Assembly (NCBI GenBank): GCA_964619365.1
Contig: CAZUDQ010000003.1
Location: forward strand, 35,960 to 99,959
Origin: an uncultured archaeon
Lineage (GTDB): Archaea > Altiarchaeota > Altiarchaeia > JAFGQM01
Direction: 5' to 3'
Length of the DNA stretch: 64,000 nucleotides
The notes under the pieces were generated by a model. It did no database searches. It saw only the letters and a list, made by a program, of their open reading frames with translations, and was not told where the DNA came from. Positions within the stretch are counted from its first letter, which is position 1; the number at the start of each line of letters is the position of its first letter. This document shows positions 55,196 to 64,000 of the stretch, one piece after another. The position numbers and the translations under genes were made by a program.

Positions 55196-55951
55196 ATGCT
55201 TACACTAATAGGGCTTGGCCTAAATGACGAAGGCGATGTTTCCTTAAAAGGGATAAAAACAGCAAAAGAAGCTGACGCGCTTTACGCTGAACTTTATACC
55301 CTTCCCTGGAATGGAGACATAAAAAAGCTTGAGTCTGAGATTGGAAAAAAAATAGAAATTTTGCCACGAAGCGCTCTGGAAGAGAACTCCAGAAAAATAA
55401 TTGAGGAGGCAAAAGAAAAAGATGTCGCTCTTTTTGTGGGGGGAGACCCTCTTGCCGCAACGACGCACAGCGCACTCATAGAAGAAGCAAGAGCCAAAGG
55501 AATCTCGACAAATATAATACACGCTTCATCAATATTCTCAGCCATCGCAGAGTGTGGGCTACAGCTCTATAAATTCGGGAAAGTCGCAACCGTTGCTTAC
55601 CCGCAGAAGAACTTCTTCCCCAAAACACCTTATCATGTATTGGGCGAAAATCTTGATTCAGGTCTTCATACAATGCTTCTTCTTGATGTTAAGTCTGAAG
55701 AGAATAGGTTCATGAGCGTTGCCGAAGCAATTGATGTTATGCTCCAGATAGAGAATGAAGAGAAAAAAGGCATCTTTACTCCAGAAACAATGATTGTTGG
55801 CGCGGCACGCTTAGGCGGCGATTCAGTTATAAAATGGGGCAAAACAGCAAAGCTCTTGGAGTTTGATTTCGGCGGAGCTCCGCATGTTATTGTTGTTCCA
55901 GGGAAATTGCACTTTGGCGAAGAAGAGTTTTTAACTCAGCTTGCAATATGA
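55196..55951 (+). CDS. dph5: diphthine synthase
   Basis: LIGLGL, ELYT, GDPLAATTH, GLQLYKFG, GLHTMLLLD. Confidence 0.96.
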   Translation: MLTLIGLGLNDEGDVSLKGIKTAKEADALYAELYTLPWNGDIKKLESEIGKKIEILPRSALEENSRKIIEEAKEKDVALFVGGDPLAATTHSALIEEARAKGISTNIIHASSIFSAIAECGLQLYKFGKVATVAYPQKNFFPKTPYHVLGENLDSGLHTMLLLDVKSEENRFMSVAEAIDVMLQIENEEKKGIFTPETMIVGAARLGGDSVIKWGKTAKLLEFDFGGAPHVIVVPGKLHFGEEEFLTQLAI

Positions 55952-55980
55952 TAACTAACCCATTAGCTTAAAATCAAGGT

Positions 55981-56304
55981 TTATAACCAATCTAAGTATT
56001 TTCTTTTTTCCAGCCACTCAACTTGAGGCTTAGAATAAGTCTTGATAAGGTCGCCCCTCACAGCAGTTTGGACTTCCCAGGGTTCAATAAGGACAATATC
56101 ACCCTCACGAGTCCACATCCTGCGTCTTACTCGTCCGGGTATCCTGCAAATTCTGATTGCGCCGTCTGCACAGCGGCATTTTGAACGACGATTCCCAAGT
56201 CGTTCTTCGATTAGACCTAATATCTGCCCCTCTTTTGGGACCTGAACCCTTACTGGTTGATCTGATTGGCCAGATTTACTGCTATTTTTTTTATTCTGAG
56301 ACAT
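55981..56304 (-). CDS. eif1a: translation initiation factor aIF-1A
   Basis: LG...C.DG..RICRIPGR.RRRMW.REGDIVLIEPW. Confidence 0.95.
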   Translation of the reverse strand: MSQNKKNSSKSGQSDQPVRVQVPKEGQILGLIEERLGNRRSKCRCADGAIRICRIPGRVRRRMWTREGDIVLIEPWEVQTAVRGDLIKTYSKPQVEWLEKRKYLDWL

Positions 56305-56352
56305 ATCGCCTAAATTGCGTATTGCAGCTTAAAAAGAACTAGAAAAGGCGTT

Positions 56353-57027
56353 TTACTCTATTCTGATAAGATAATAAAATCTGTGTTTTGCTTTGCCGCG
56401 TTGGTGGTCAAAGCCTGCTTGCCTATGACTTCTTTTTACTTCAGCCCCGCTCTTTCCGTAGGCTTTAACAATCTTTTCTGCAGACTTTTTTGAGCCAAGG
56501 TATATGTCAAAGCCGCCTGCAACTGATTTTATTTCAGCAACAAAAGCGAAGCGGTCCTTATGGTTCTTTTCAATCCTTTCTTTTATCTCCTTTACCTCTT
56601 TTTCTGAGACATTACCACGAAGCTGAATTACTGCCTCAAAATATCCCCCCGCAATCCTGCTGCAGTTTGGACAAGGTGTGTTTCTCACACGTAAAAAAGA
56701 CTCTTTTTCAAGGCAACCCTTTCCTATTTTAACAGAGACCTTAACTTGCATGCCCCCCTGTTCAGGCCTTGGTTCAAGATCTATTATAGTTTTATAATCG
56801 GCATCAAGTTTTGGAGCGTTTGTCTCAATGACGTCATCAACAGCGAATTTTGCAAGCTTTTCCTCACTGCATTTTTGCCATTTTCCCTTAAAGTTTCCAG
56901 TCTCACAGTTATAACAATACTCTCCGCTACATTTAGCAGGTACCTTTAAAACTAAGTTCTTCTTTATGAAACACTCCGAACAGAACATTCCTACTTCGGA
57001 TTCCTTTCCACATAACGGACAGACCAT
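56353..57027 (-). CDS. NMD3 family protein
   Basis: CPLCG..CSEC..CYNC..CPNCSRIAGGYFEAVIQLRG. Confidence 0.92.
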   Translation of the reverse strand: MVCPLCGKESEVGMFCSECFIKKNLVLKVPAKCSGEYCYNCETGNFKGKWQKCSEEKLAKFAVDDVIETNAPKLDADYKTIIDLEPRPEQGGMQVKVSVKIGKGCLEKESFLRVRNTPCPNCSRIAGGYFEAVIQLRGNVSEKEVKEIKERIEKNHKDRFAFVAEIKSVAGGFDIYLGSKKSAEKIVKAYGKSGAEVKRSHRQAGFDHQRGKAKHRFYYLIRIE

Positions 57028-57077
57028 TTTCTAGAAGGCTATTTGGAACAATTAGACTGATAAACAAAAGATAAGTC

Positions 57078-57647
57078 TCATTCAGCGATAGCAGACCTTA
57101 GACCCAGCCAAAGGGCGCCTACTATTACAACGAATATGCCCCCAAGGGCTACTGAGTCACTTCCAGCCATTATGCCGCCTGGGATAAGGAGTATTCCTGC
57201 GATTATTGCAAAAAATGCGCTTCTTTTAGAGTAATCTCCAGCCTTTTGAGCTGAAAATACTATCAAAGCCCCGCCAAGGATAAGTAGCAGAACTCCAAAT
57301 TCCATAACTGTGACTGGGGCTTGCGTTGTTGAAAGACCTGCAACTGAAACAAAGAGCACTCCAAGTATCATGACAAGAAGCCCACAGAAGAAATAAGCTT
57401 GACGCAAGAATAGTTCTTTTAGAGTATGCTCCTCTGTTATCACCCCAAAGAAAAAAACAATACATGCAATCCAAACAATCGCTATACCATAGACCGCAGT
57501 TGAAAAATCATAAGTTGCAAGAGTATATGCCGATGCAAAGACAAGGACGCCTATTGCTATCCCAAGAATCCCAACAGAGGTTATTATCGCTTTTGAAACT
57601 GTACTGTCAATGGGTTCGACAGACTTTTTTCCTTTACTCTTTGCCAT
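57078..57647 (-). CDS. 6-TM membrane protein of unknown function
   Basis: Six hydrophobic segments; co-oriented with its neighbours. Confidence 0.7.
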   Translation of the reverse strand: MAKSKGKKSVEPIDSTVSKAIITSVGILGIAIGVLVFASAYTLATYDFSTAVYGIAIVWIACIVFFFGVITEEHTLKELFLRQAYFFCGLLVMILGVLFVSVAGLSTTQAPVTVMEFGVLLLILGGALIVFSAQKAGDYSKRSAFFAIIAGILLIPGGIMAGSDSVALGGIFVVIVGALWLGLRSAIAE

Positions 57648-57707
57648 CGCTTAAATAACAGCGCTTACAATAAAAATGAGGGGCGCGTTCAAAATAAGTT
57701 GCCAGGA

Positions 57708-58007
57708 TTAATCAATAGAATATACCTGTAAGTGTGCAACACCATTTATCCTGACGACATTTTCTTTTGCGGCAGGAAAACACTTGCAATAAGCGCTTAC
57801 TGCAAGGTCCCCTAAGAGATTTGCGTTTTCACAAGATTCAAGCATTACTACAAGCTCATCCTTTGTGACATGGTTCTCAGAGTAAAAAGACTCCTTTGCC
57901 TTAATATGCCGTTTTTCATCGGAGAATTCTTTTCCAAGGAGTTTTTTATCACAGGCGGCAATCACTTTCCCGTTAGGCGAATCATGAACCTTTGTTGCTA
58001 TCTCCAT
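57708..58007 (-). CDS. DUF424 family protein
   Basis: AACDKKLLGKEF...FY...ANLLG...INGVAHLQ. Confidence 0.9.
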   Translation of the reverse strand: MEIATKVHDSPNGKVIAACDKKLLGKEFSDEKRHIKAKESFYSENHVTKDELVVMLESCENANLLGDLAVSAYCKCFPAAKENVVRINGVAHLQVYSID

Positions 58008-58025
58008 TATATCTATACTTAGACA

Positions 58026-58439
58026 TTAAATAGACTTTATCGGGCGCCATGCACCACAAGCCTCGCATTTAAGGATTTTTACGCCCTCTAAGGTATCAAA
58101 GTGCGTGTCAGGTTTCTTGCACTGTTCGCAAAGTACGTACTCTGTTGCAAACTTCTTTACAGAGTCGCCGATTTTCTTTCCATAAAGCTTCTTGTTGAGT
58201 ATCAGGCGGTCTCCTGAAAGAAGAGCATAGGCTCCAAGATCCTTAGTCAGGAACTTTTGAAGCTGGTTTTCATCGCGGTTTAAGTCTTTTGCGACCTGAG
58301 AGAAATTTTTGAGTATAGTTTTATTCCCTTCAAAAAACACATCTACCTGCGGAAGCTCGAAACGAGCTGAGGTCGTTATTTTCTCCGGAAGCTTTGAGTA
58401 TGCCCTGTCTAAAAGTGAGTCGTAATTGTAAAAGTCCAT
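58026..58439 (-). CDS. eif2b: translation initiation factor aIF-2 beta subunit
   Basis: YDSLLDRAY..LP, GNKTILKNF, YVLCEQCKKPDT...CEACGA. Confidence 0.96.
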   Translation of the reverse strand: MDFYNYDSLLDRAYSKLPEKITTSARFELPQVDVFFEGNKTILKNFSQVAKDLNRDENQLQKFLTKDLGAYALLSGDRLILNKKLYGKKIGDSVKKFATEYVLCEQCKKPDTHFDTLEGVKILKCEACGAWRPIKSI

Positions 58440-58526
58440 TTGTTTCCATATTTGATGCGACCCGCATAAAAAGGCTTTTCTCCCATAGTGCTTTTTTAGG
58501 TGAAATGGCGTAACTTATATCATAAA

Positions 58527-61064
58527 ATGAAAAAAGCGGGCATCCTGTTGTTCTTAATAGCATTTCTTTTAATCGCTAACACAAGTTCAGTTTATGCGGC
58601 CCATTATGATTTTTCTGATGCGTTCGGTCAGTTTTTTGACGGTTGGCGACGTGCAGGATATTTTAACATGAGGTCTTCTTTTTGGCATGCTATGTGGAAA
58701 GGCAATAGTTTTTCTGAAGCCGCAGATTATGTCGGCGAAAAAGAGATATGCCCCCTTGATTTCCCGACAAGATGCTATAATGAAGATGATGAGGCAGTTC
58801 TCCATAAATACGTATGGGAGCCTTCCTGCAGAGGGTATGATGAGGATTGTTGCAAAGAAACAATAGTAAAATGCAGGGATCTTTTATCAAAGGAAGCAAC
58901 CGGTTATAAGCTTGATTGGAAGGAGCTAGAAGACCTGAAGCTTTGCCGCGACTATGACTGCGTGCCAAAAGGAACCTGCTCAACTGATACCGATTGTAAA
59001 AACCAGATATATTGTCCAATGGTACAAAACGGGCCGGAGACGGTATCCTGTGACGAGGAATTCAAGATTTGTTATTGTGCGGGTGTTTGTGGTGATGGAT
59101 ACTGTGATTTCTCGGAAGCCATGAAAGGCTCCTGCCCAAAGGATTGTCCTGAAGGTATAGATTCAGACAATGATGGCGTCTCTGATGTGACTGAGTTCAT
59201 AACGGGGACAGGTAACGTAAGTGATACCGATAAAGACGGACTTTCAGACTGGCAGGAAGTACAGATAGGAACGGATCCAAATGACCCGGACACAGACGAT
59301 GGGGGCGTATGTGACGGCCCGAAAGCAGTTTCCGGGAAATGCAGTAAAGGACCTGATCCGTGCCCTTTGGATTCAGAGAACAATTGTTATGAGGGGCTTG
59401 CACCCGGAGACTCGCCAGTATACTCTGACACCGACCGCGATGGCATACCAAATTCGATTGATCATTGCCCTGTTGACCCAAGTGACGCATGTTATCCCGG
59501 AAACGACCCGGATATTGACACCGACCGTGATGGCCTCCCCGATAAATGGTCACTAGAGCTTGGTATTGGCCTAGGGACAGATGATGCAGATAACGACGGT
59601 TTAACAAACGCCCTAGAACTGGAGTTAGGTATAGATCCACTAAATCCGGACTCAGACAGTGACGGACTCCCCGATGGATGGGAGATATTAAATGGCGTTG
59701 ATGACCCGTATGCAGACCCAGACAATGACGGGATAATAAACCTTTATGAGTATTATGCCTCACTTGATCCTTTCAACCCGGATTCAGACAATGATGGCAC
59801 TCCCGACGGGGAAGAAGGACTTATACCCCAAGACGAAGACAGAATAGAATTAAGGATAGAAGAGATTTATCCCTCTGAAATAGAGGAAGGTGCGTGGACA
59901 TTTAATTACGGAGATACGGTACAACAAATAATTGTCGATGCAAGATATTCAAATGGCGCTTCTCTTCTGCAACCTTTTGTCGTAGGAAATCTTAATGTTA
60001 AAGGCGGTGCAGAGACAATACCCATATTTTTTAATTCAACAATAGAAAACAAATTTGTTGCGAGCCCAAATTATGACATACTTAAGAAAAACGACGAGGG
60101 CGGATATTTGAGTCTTGATGTCTTTGCAATGGACGTCTTAGGGAAAAATGCGTCGTATTCTACAAGAATCTACATAGCAAATATCGACAAAAAACTCCTG
60201 GATATAACTGTACGAAGTCCCGAAGGGACTTATGCATACGGGCAAAATGTGCCTTTTGAAGTAGTTCCAAATGTAAACGGAGTACGCGACCTTGAAATGG
60301 AGGTTTTTGTGGAGGGCGCAGGCGACGAATTCTCGCTTTTCCAGCAAGGTGATTCATTTGTAGGTGAATATCCATTAGGACTAGATTCCCCAGACCCACT
60401 TCCATTCTTCTTCATAGTTCGCGCAACAGGCGAAAGCCTAGGCTCAAATTCTGTTGACGCCTTAAAACGTATTGAGATACGGGTAAAACCCTTGCTAAAC
60501 GCAGAGTATCTTGGTGACGAATCGGGCTCTGGCATTCTTGCGTTTTCTGTAAGCTACCCAGACGGTTCGGAGCTTCCGGACAAAAACCTTGAATTCGAAA
60601 TGGGTGACTTTAATGATACCGTAGCCAAATCCAAAGACGGCTTATACGAGATTGTATATGAAGCGCCCGGAGGAGAACAGCTTGCACACTTTATTGACGC
60701 ATTTGGAAACATAGGAAAAGCCAAAATGTCCTTGCCCCAAACACAGGAGGTCATAGTTGACACCGGGGGGATAGTGTGGACAGTTCTACTTGTCGTCATA
60801 ATCTTTTTTGCCGCCTTTTTCGCATATAATTATTTCACAGGTAAAACATTCTTTTTTGAAATCAAAAAAGACGAGAAAAAAGACCGCACAAAGCGCAAAA
60901 AAGAGCTTGTGGAGTTAATTGACGATATAAAGAAAAGATACTATAAGAACCAGATTTCAAAGGAATCTGCACAGAACAAAATCGCCGATTACGAAGGTCA
61001 GCTTATGATAATTGAAAAAGAGCTTCAGGAAGACTCAAATGATCATAAAAGACGCCATAAGTAA
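58527..61064 (+). CDS. large membrane-anchored surface protein with Cys-rich region and Ca-binding DxDxDG repeats
   Basis: Signal peptide from ATG 58527; CGDGYC..SCPKDC; many DxDxDGxxDxxE (TSP3-like) repeats; beta domains; C-terminal TM and basic helical tail. Confidence 0.85.
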   Translation: MKKAGILLFLIAFLLIANTSSVYAAHYDFSDAFGQFFDGWRRAGYFNMRSSFWHAMWKGNSFSEAADYVGEKEICPLDFPTRCYNEDDEAVLHKYVWEPSCRGYDEDCCKETIVKCRDLLSKEATGYKLDWKELEDLKLCRDYDCVPKGTCSTDTDCKNQIYCPMVQNGPETVSCDEEFKICYCAGVCGDGYCDFSEAMKGSCPKDCPEGIDSDNDGVSDVTEFITGTGNVSDTDKDGLSDWQEVQIGTDPNDPDTDDGGVCDGPKAVSGKCSKGPDPCPLDSENNCYEGLAPGDSPVYSDTDRDGIPNSIDHCPVDPSDACYPGNDPDIDTDRDGLPDKWSLELGIGLGTDDADNDGLTNALELELGIDPLNPDSDSDGLPDGWEILNGVDDPYADPDNDGIINLYEYYASLDPFNPDSDNDGTPDGEEGLIPQDEDRIELRIEEIYPSEIEEGAWTFNYGDTVQQIIVDARYSNGASLLQPFVVGNLNVKGGAETIPIFFNSTIENKFVASPNYDILKKNDEGGYLSLDVFAMDVLGKNASYSTRIYIANIDKKLLDITVRSPEGTYAYGQNVPFEVVPNVNGVRDLEMEVFVEGAGDEFSLFQQGDSFVGEYPLGLDSPDPLPFFFIVRATGESLGSNSVDALKRIEIRVKPLLNAEYLGDESGSGILAFSVSYPDGSELPDKNLEFEMGDFNDTVAKSKDGLYEIVYEAPGGEQLAHFIDAFGNIGKAKMSLPQTQEVIVDTGGIVWTVLLVVIIFFAAFFAYNYFTGKTFFFEIKKDEKKDRTKRKKELVELIDDIKKRYYKNQISKESAQNKIADYEGQLMIIEKELQEDSNDHKRRHK

Positions 61065-61209
61065 GAGACGCAAGATGTGGGAATTTTTAGAAGACGAGAT
61101 TCCAAAAAAATGGCTCTTATCCTTTATAATAATTTTTGGAAAGCCCGCCTCGGCGCCTGCGCCCATTTCGCGCAAGGGAATAGATGACATAATAATGCGA
61201 ACCATGTGA
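61039..61209 (+). pseudogene. internally deleted nitroreductase-like ORF (56 aa)
   Basis: N-terminus IKDAISKRRKMWEFLEDEIP joined directly to C-terminus IIIFGKPA..PAP.SRKGIDDII. Confidence 0.55.
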
Positions 61210-61280
61210 TGCGTATTACCCAAAGTAATAATCTCACATCGTCCTTTTATTATAGAACTAACAATCAGAGCCTTTAAATA

Positions 61281-61430
61281 ATGGATGTTGTGGCAGGCTG
61301 TCCAAAGGGCATAAAAAACGGTCCTTGTGGCGGTTACAAAAACGGACGCTGTGAAGTGCAAAAACAAAAGAAGTGTATATTTATAGCAGTCTGGGAAAAG
61401 TGCCCTGACGCAATAAAAGAAGAAAAATGA
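61281..61430 (+). CDS. metV: MetV-like (MTHFR C-terminal-domain) Cys protein, 49 aa (not in ORF track)
   Basis: MDVVAGCPKGIKNGPCGGYKNGRCEVQKQKKCIFIAVWEKCPDAIKEEK; TGA overlaps the metF ATG. Confidence 0.85.
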   Translation: MDVVAGCPKGIKNGPCGGYKNGRCEVQKQKKCIFIAVWEKCPDAIKEEK

Positions 61431-62239
61431 CATTTGTAGAAAAGCTTGGTCGCGAATTTGTAATAACTGGCGAAGTAGAGCCAGATTATCAGCATCCCGA
61501 AGCATTTTTAGAGAAGGCAAAAAAATACAAGCTTTACACAAATACCCTTAATGTCATTGATTCACCAGTTGGGCTTTTTCAACCATCCAGCCTTGCAGTA
61601 TCCGCAATACTTGCAAAGGAAGGTTATGACCCCGTATTTCAAACTACTTGCCGCGACAAAAACAAAGTTGCGATAATAAATGAGCTTTTAGGGGCAAAAC
61701 TTCTTGGGATAGAAAACGTCCTTGCAATAACTGGCGACTATCCCCAGCATGGTGGAAAACCAGTCTACGAGTTTGATTCCACCTCACTATTGCGCCTGAT
61801 AAAACAAGAGATGCCAAAGGAATTTAAGGGCTTTAAGATGAATGTAGGGGCAGGATACAACCCTCTTTGCGAACCAAACGAACCAGAGTTAATCAAGCTT
61901 GAAAAGAAGCTTAAGTACGCTGATTTCATTCAGACTCAACTTGTTTTTGAGCCCTCCCAGCTTGAGCACGAGATACTTCAAAAACACAAAAAGAAAATAA
62001 TTGTAGGCATATTTCCACTCGCCCCAGGACTTGCAGAGTATTTTGACAAGGAGATTCCGGGGGTTGTCGTGCCAAAGAATGTAAAAGAGGCAATAAAGTC
62101 GCTTAATGACGGAATAGACCTTGCACGTGAGCTTGTTGGTTACGTTAAAGATGCCGGTTTTGCAGGCGTGCACTTAATGACATTTGGAAAAGCTGAGGAC
62201 AGAATAGGCGAGATACTTTCTGATGTTGTGCCAAAATAA
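61427..62239 (+). CDS. metF: methylenetetrahydrofolate reductase
   Basis: ITGEVEP, DSP, TCRDKN, LAITGD, FIQTQLVF, GVHLM. Confidence 0.92.
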   Translation: MTFVEKLGREFVITGEVEPDYQHPEAFLEKAKKYKLYTNTLNVIDSPVGLFQPSSLAVSAILAKEGYDPVFQTTCRDKNKVAIINELLGAKLLGIENVLAITGDYPQHGGKPVYEFDSTSLLRLIKQEMPKEFKGFKMNVGAGYNPLCEPNEPELIKLEKKLKYADFIQTQLVFEPSQLEHEILQKHKKKIIVGIFPLAPGLAEYFDKEIPGVVVPKNVKEAIKSLNDGIDLARELVGYVKDAGFAGVHLMTFGKAEDRIGEILSDVVPK

Positions 62240-62241
62240 AA

Positions 62242-63108
62242 TTATTTCTTTGCTAGTTCTCTTGCAAGCTCAAAAGCCTCCATATAACTGTAGAAGCCAT
62301 GCGTTTCAAGAGCGCGAGCAAGAAGATTCCTTTCAGTCTTGTTCTTAAGGTCGCCTATTGCAAGTGGCCCCACGAGTTTTGTTGAGCCAACAGTAATGGG
62401 CTTAGTTCCAAATCCGACTCCTTCAATGCCAAAAGGTTCAACAGCGTTAGTGTCGGCTGCAATAATCGGAGATATAGCGCTTAATTGTTCTTTTGAAAGA
62501 AGATTAACTCCCATGGCACCTGTCGAAAGTATCACGTCGGCACGTTTGCACGCATCAGCGCGCTCCATCGCCATCGAGCCGATACATGCTTTTGCACCAG
62601 ACTCTCTAGAGATTTCCTTTGCACGGTCCATAGTCCTTGAAGTAAGCACAGTCTGCGCTCCAAGCGACTTAAAAATCCTAAGTGCGATTCGTCCAATAGG
62701 CCCGGTTCCGGCCAAAACCACGACTTTTTTGCCTTTAAGTGAGCCCTGCCCCCCAGCAAGAGATTCTATCCTTGCAACGGCTGCCGCAGCTGTTGTGCAT
62801 GCGCCTTGTGGATCCCAGACTAAAGAGACTTCAAAAGGTGGAAACATATCCTCCTTTGACATTTCAAATATCTTTAAGGATTCGTCTAAATCCCCCCCGA
62901 TAAGGATTACTGTGTTTTTTAGCCCGGCAGGACTTCTAGCAAAAACAGCGTTTTCAGTTATGAGCCCGCAGTCGTTTTCACTAACGCCAGAATATGGAAA
63001 GACAAAATCATAGCCTGCATCAACTGCGATAAGAATATCAAAGGGATTCGCGTGCTTCTCTGTGTCAAGATATATGAGAACCTTTTTTGGCTCCGTTGTG
63101 CTAGGCAT
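62242..63108 (-). CDS. mtd: NAD(P)-dependent methylene-H4MPT/H4F dehydrogenase (MtdA/MtdB family)
   Basis: PFD..AVDAG.D...PY, F.RSP, IGG, FPPF.VS..DPQGACTTAAA.V, AGTGPIG; start probably ATG 63108. Confidence 0.88.
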   Translation of the reverse strand: MPSTTEPKKVLIYLDTEKHANPFDILIAVDAGYDFVFPYSGVSENDCGLITENAVFARSPAGLKNTVILIGGDLDESLKIFEMSKEDMFPPFEVSLVWDPQGACTTAAAAVARIESLAGGQGSLKGKKVVVLAGTGPIGRIALRIFKSLGAQTVLTSRTMDRAKEISRESGAKACIGSMAMERADACKRADVILSTGAMGVNLLSKEQLSAISPIIAADTNAVEPFGIEGVGFGTKPITVGSTKLVGPLAIGDLKNKTERNLLARALETHGFYSYMEAFELARELAKK

Positions 63109-63194
63109 TTTAAGGGGAATAATATTAACAAACAATTTTGAAAGTGAATGAATATAAGACGATGATTATTAAGCTTTAAGCCCATAACTAAATT

Positions 63195-64000
63195 ATGGTC
63201 AAGACGGTTCCTGCTAAACGAAGACAATATCTTGATGAGATTGGTTCTTATTCCCCCGGACTTTTAGAACAGGTTCAAAGGAAAAAACTTTCGACCCGCG
63301 AGTTAAACAAGATAGTTACGTTCTTTCGTGCTGGTAAAGAGGCCAGTTGTACTCCAGACTACCTCGCTCCGACAATAACAGACAATTTGGACAAATTCCT
63401 AAAATTTCCCGATATCATAACTGAAGCGGCAAGAAAAAATTACAATGCACGTTTCATTGCGTACGAGATAGGGAAGCATCCGGAAGCTTTTAAAAGAAAT
63501 TTCGTGCCCCTTTTAAAGAAAACTGAACAAGCAGGATACGACCCACACAAACTTCTTTGGGAGTTGATACAACATTCTTCATCCTCTACATTGTCCCCAA
63601 AAGCTCAACGACCGGTCTCATCGGCTCTAAACAAGATGTTAGACGCTAAGATGGACCCAAGTTCCCTTGCCAAAGACCTGTCACGGAGATCGCCAAGTTT
63701 TCTCTCAACAACACTTCCCCACACATCATCTCTCCTTGTTTCAACAAAAAAAGCCAATCATGTTCTTACTTCTCATCTTATAGATACAATGGAAGAACAT
63801 CCGGCCGCTTTCAAAAAACAACACTACATTAAACTCTTAACCGAAGTCGCAAAAACCGAAGAGCCATGGAATCTCGCTTGCGCAACGGCTGGGAAAATAG
63901 AAAGCTTCCCAAAAAGCAAACTGAGGCTAATACATCCAACCCTTATGTCAATAGCAAAAAACGGCCAGGATCCAAGGCATCTTATTCGGGGCGCCGGGAG
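63195..64000 (+). CDS. helical-repeat hypothetical protein (runs off window end)
   Basis: Open from ATG 63195 to the window end (MVKTVPAKRRQYL...); repeats GYDPHKLL / KMDPSSLA / GQDPRHLI and HPEAFK / HPAAFK. Confidence 0.7.
   Translation, partial: MVKTVPAKRRQYLDEIGSYSPGLLEQVQRKKLSTRELNKIVTFFRAGKEASCTPDYLAPTITDNLDKFLKFPDIITEAARKNYNARFIAYEIGKHPEAFKRNFVPLLKKTEQAGYDPHKLLWELIQHSSSSTLSPKAQRPVSSALNKMLDAKMDPSSLAKDLSRRSPSFLSTTLPHTSSLLVSTKKANHVLTSHLIDTMEEHPAAFKKQHYIKLLTEVAKTEEPWNLACATAGKIESFPKSKLRLIHPTLMSIAKNGQDPRHLIRGAG

Noticed and set aside
61035-61541. 168-aa minus-strand ORF
   Set aside because: It overlaps metV and metF, which have clear motifs on the plus strand.
1409-63227. Many 60-220 aa ORFs antisense or out of frame to recognised genes (e.g. 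6775..7203, 43501..44025, 51231..52013, 59197..59763, 62339..63013)
   Set aside because: They lie within well-supported genes, have no recognisable motifs and look like shadow ORFs.

Overview
Archaeal chromosomal segment with no rRNA, canonical tRNA, CRISPR array or mobile element that I could recognise. Marker genes (GGGP synthase, Taw1, PolB with PIP box, Dph5, aIF-1A, aIF-2beta, NMD3, MC1), plus an [FeFe]-hydrogenase and Mtd/MetVF, suggest an anaerobic, biosynthetically capable archaeon, plausibly DPANN-related; that lineage call is inference. Housekeeping blocks are Arg/pyrimidine synthesis (argH, argF, pyrC-carA-carB-pyrB-pyrI), SAM by-product recycling (ahcY, mtaD, mtnA, mtnP, apt, class II aldolase), a MoxR-DUF58-vWA operon, O2 defence (fprA-rbr-dfx with an Lrp regulator) and translation factors. 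The most striking region is 17.9-31.1 kb. A nine-gene type IV pilin-like operon (seven class III signal peptides, two leaderless pilin-like genes, a giant Cys-heptad protein) converges on two ~1040-aa secreted paralogs. These share an Ig/triple-dockerin/Cys-rich scaffold but carry different, apparently membrane-inserting C-terminal payloads held between conserved CxCGDxxC and YAxxTxEWVS..C motifs: a candidate pilus-linked contact or membrane-penetration system. Absent from the ORF track but found by reading the sequence: a dual-guide box C/D sRNA (predicted 23S Um2552 and tRNA-CAU Cm34), a tRNA-minihelix-like hairpin with its own TATA box, a 57-aa pilin-like ORF and a 49-aa MetV. A short ORF at 61039 reads as a nitroreductase missing its middle. 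The minimal hydrogenase is paired with an ECF S-component-like membrane gene. All calls come from motif recognition by eye, without database searches.
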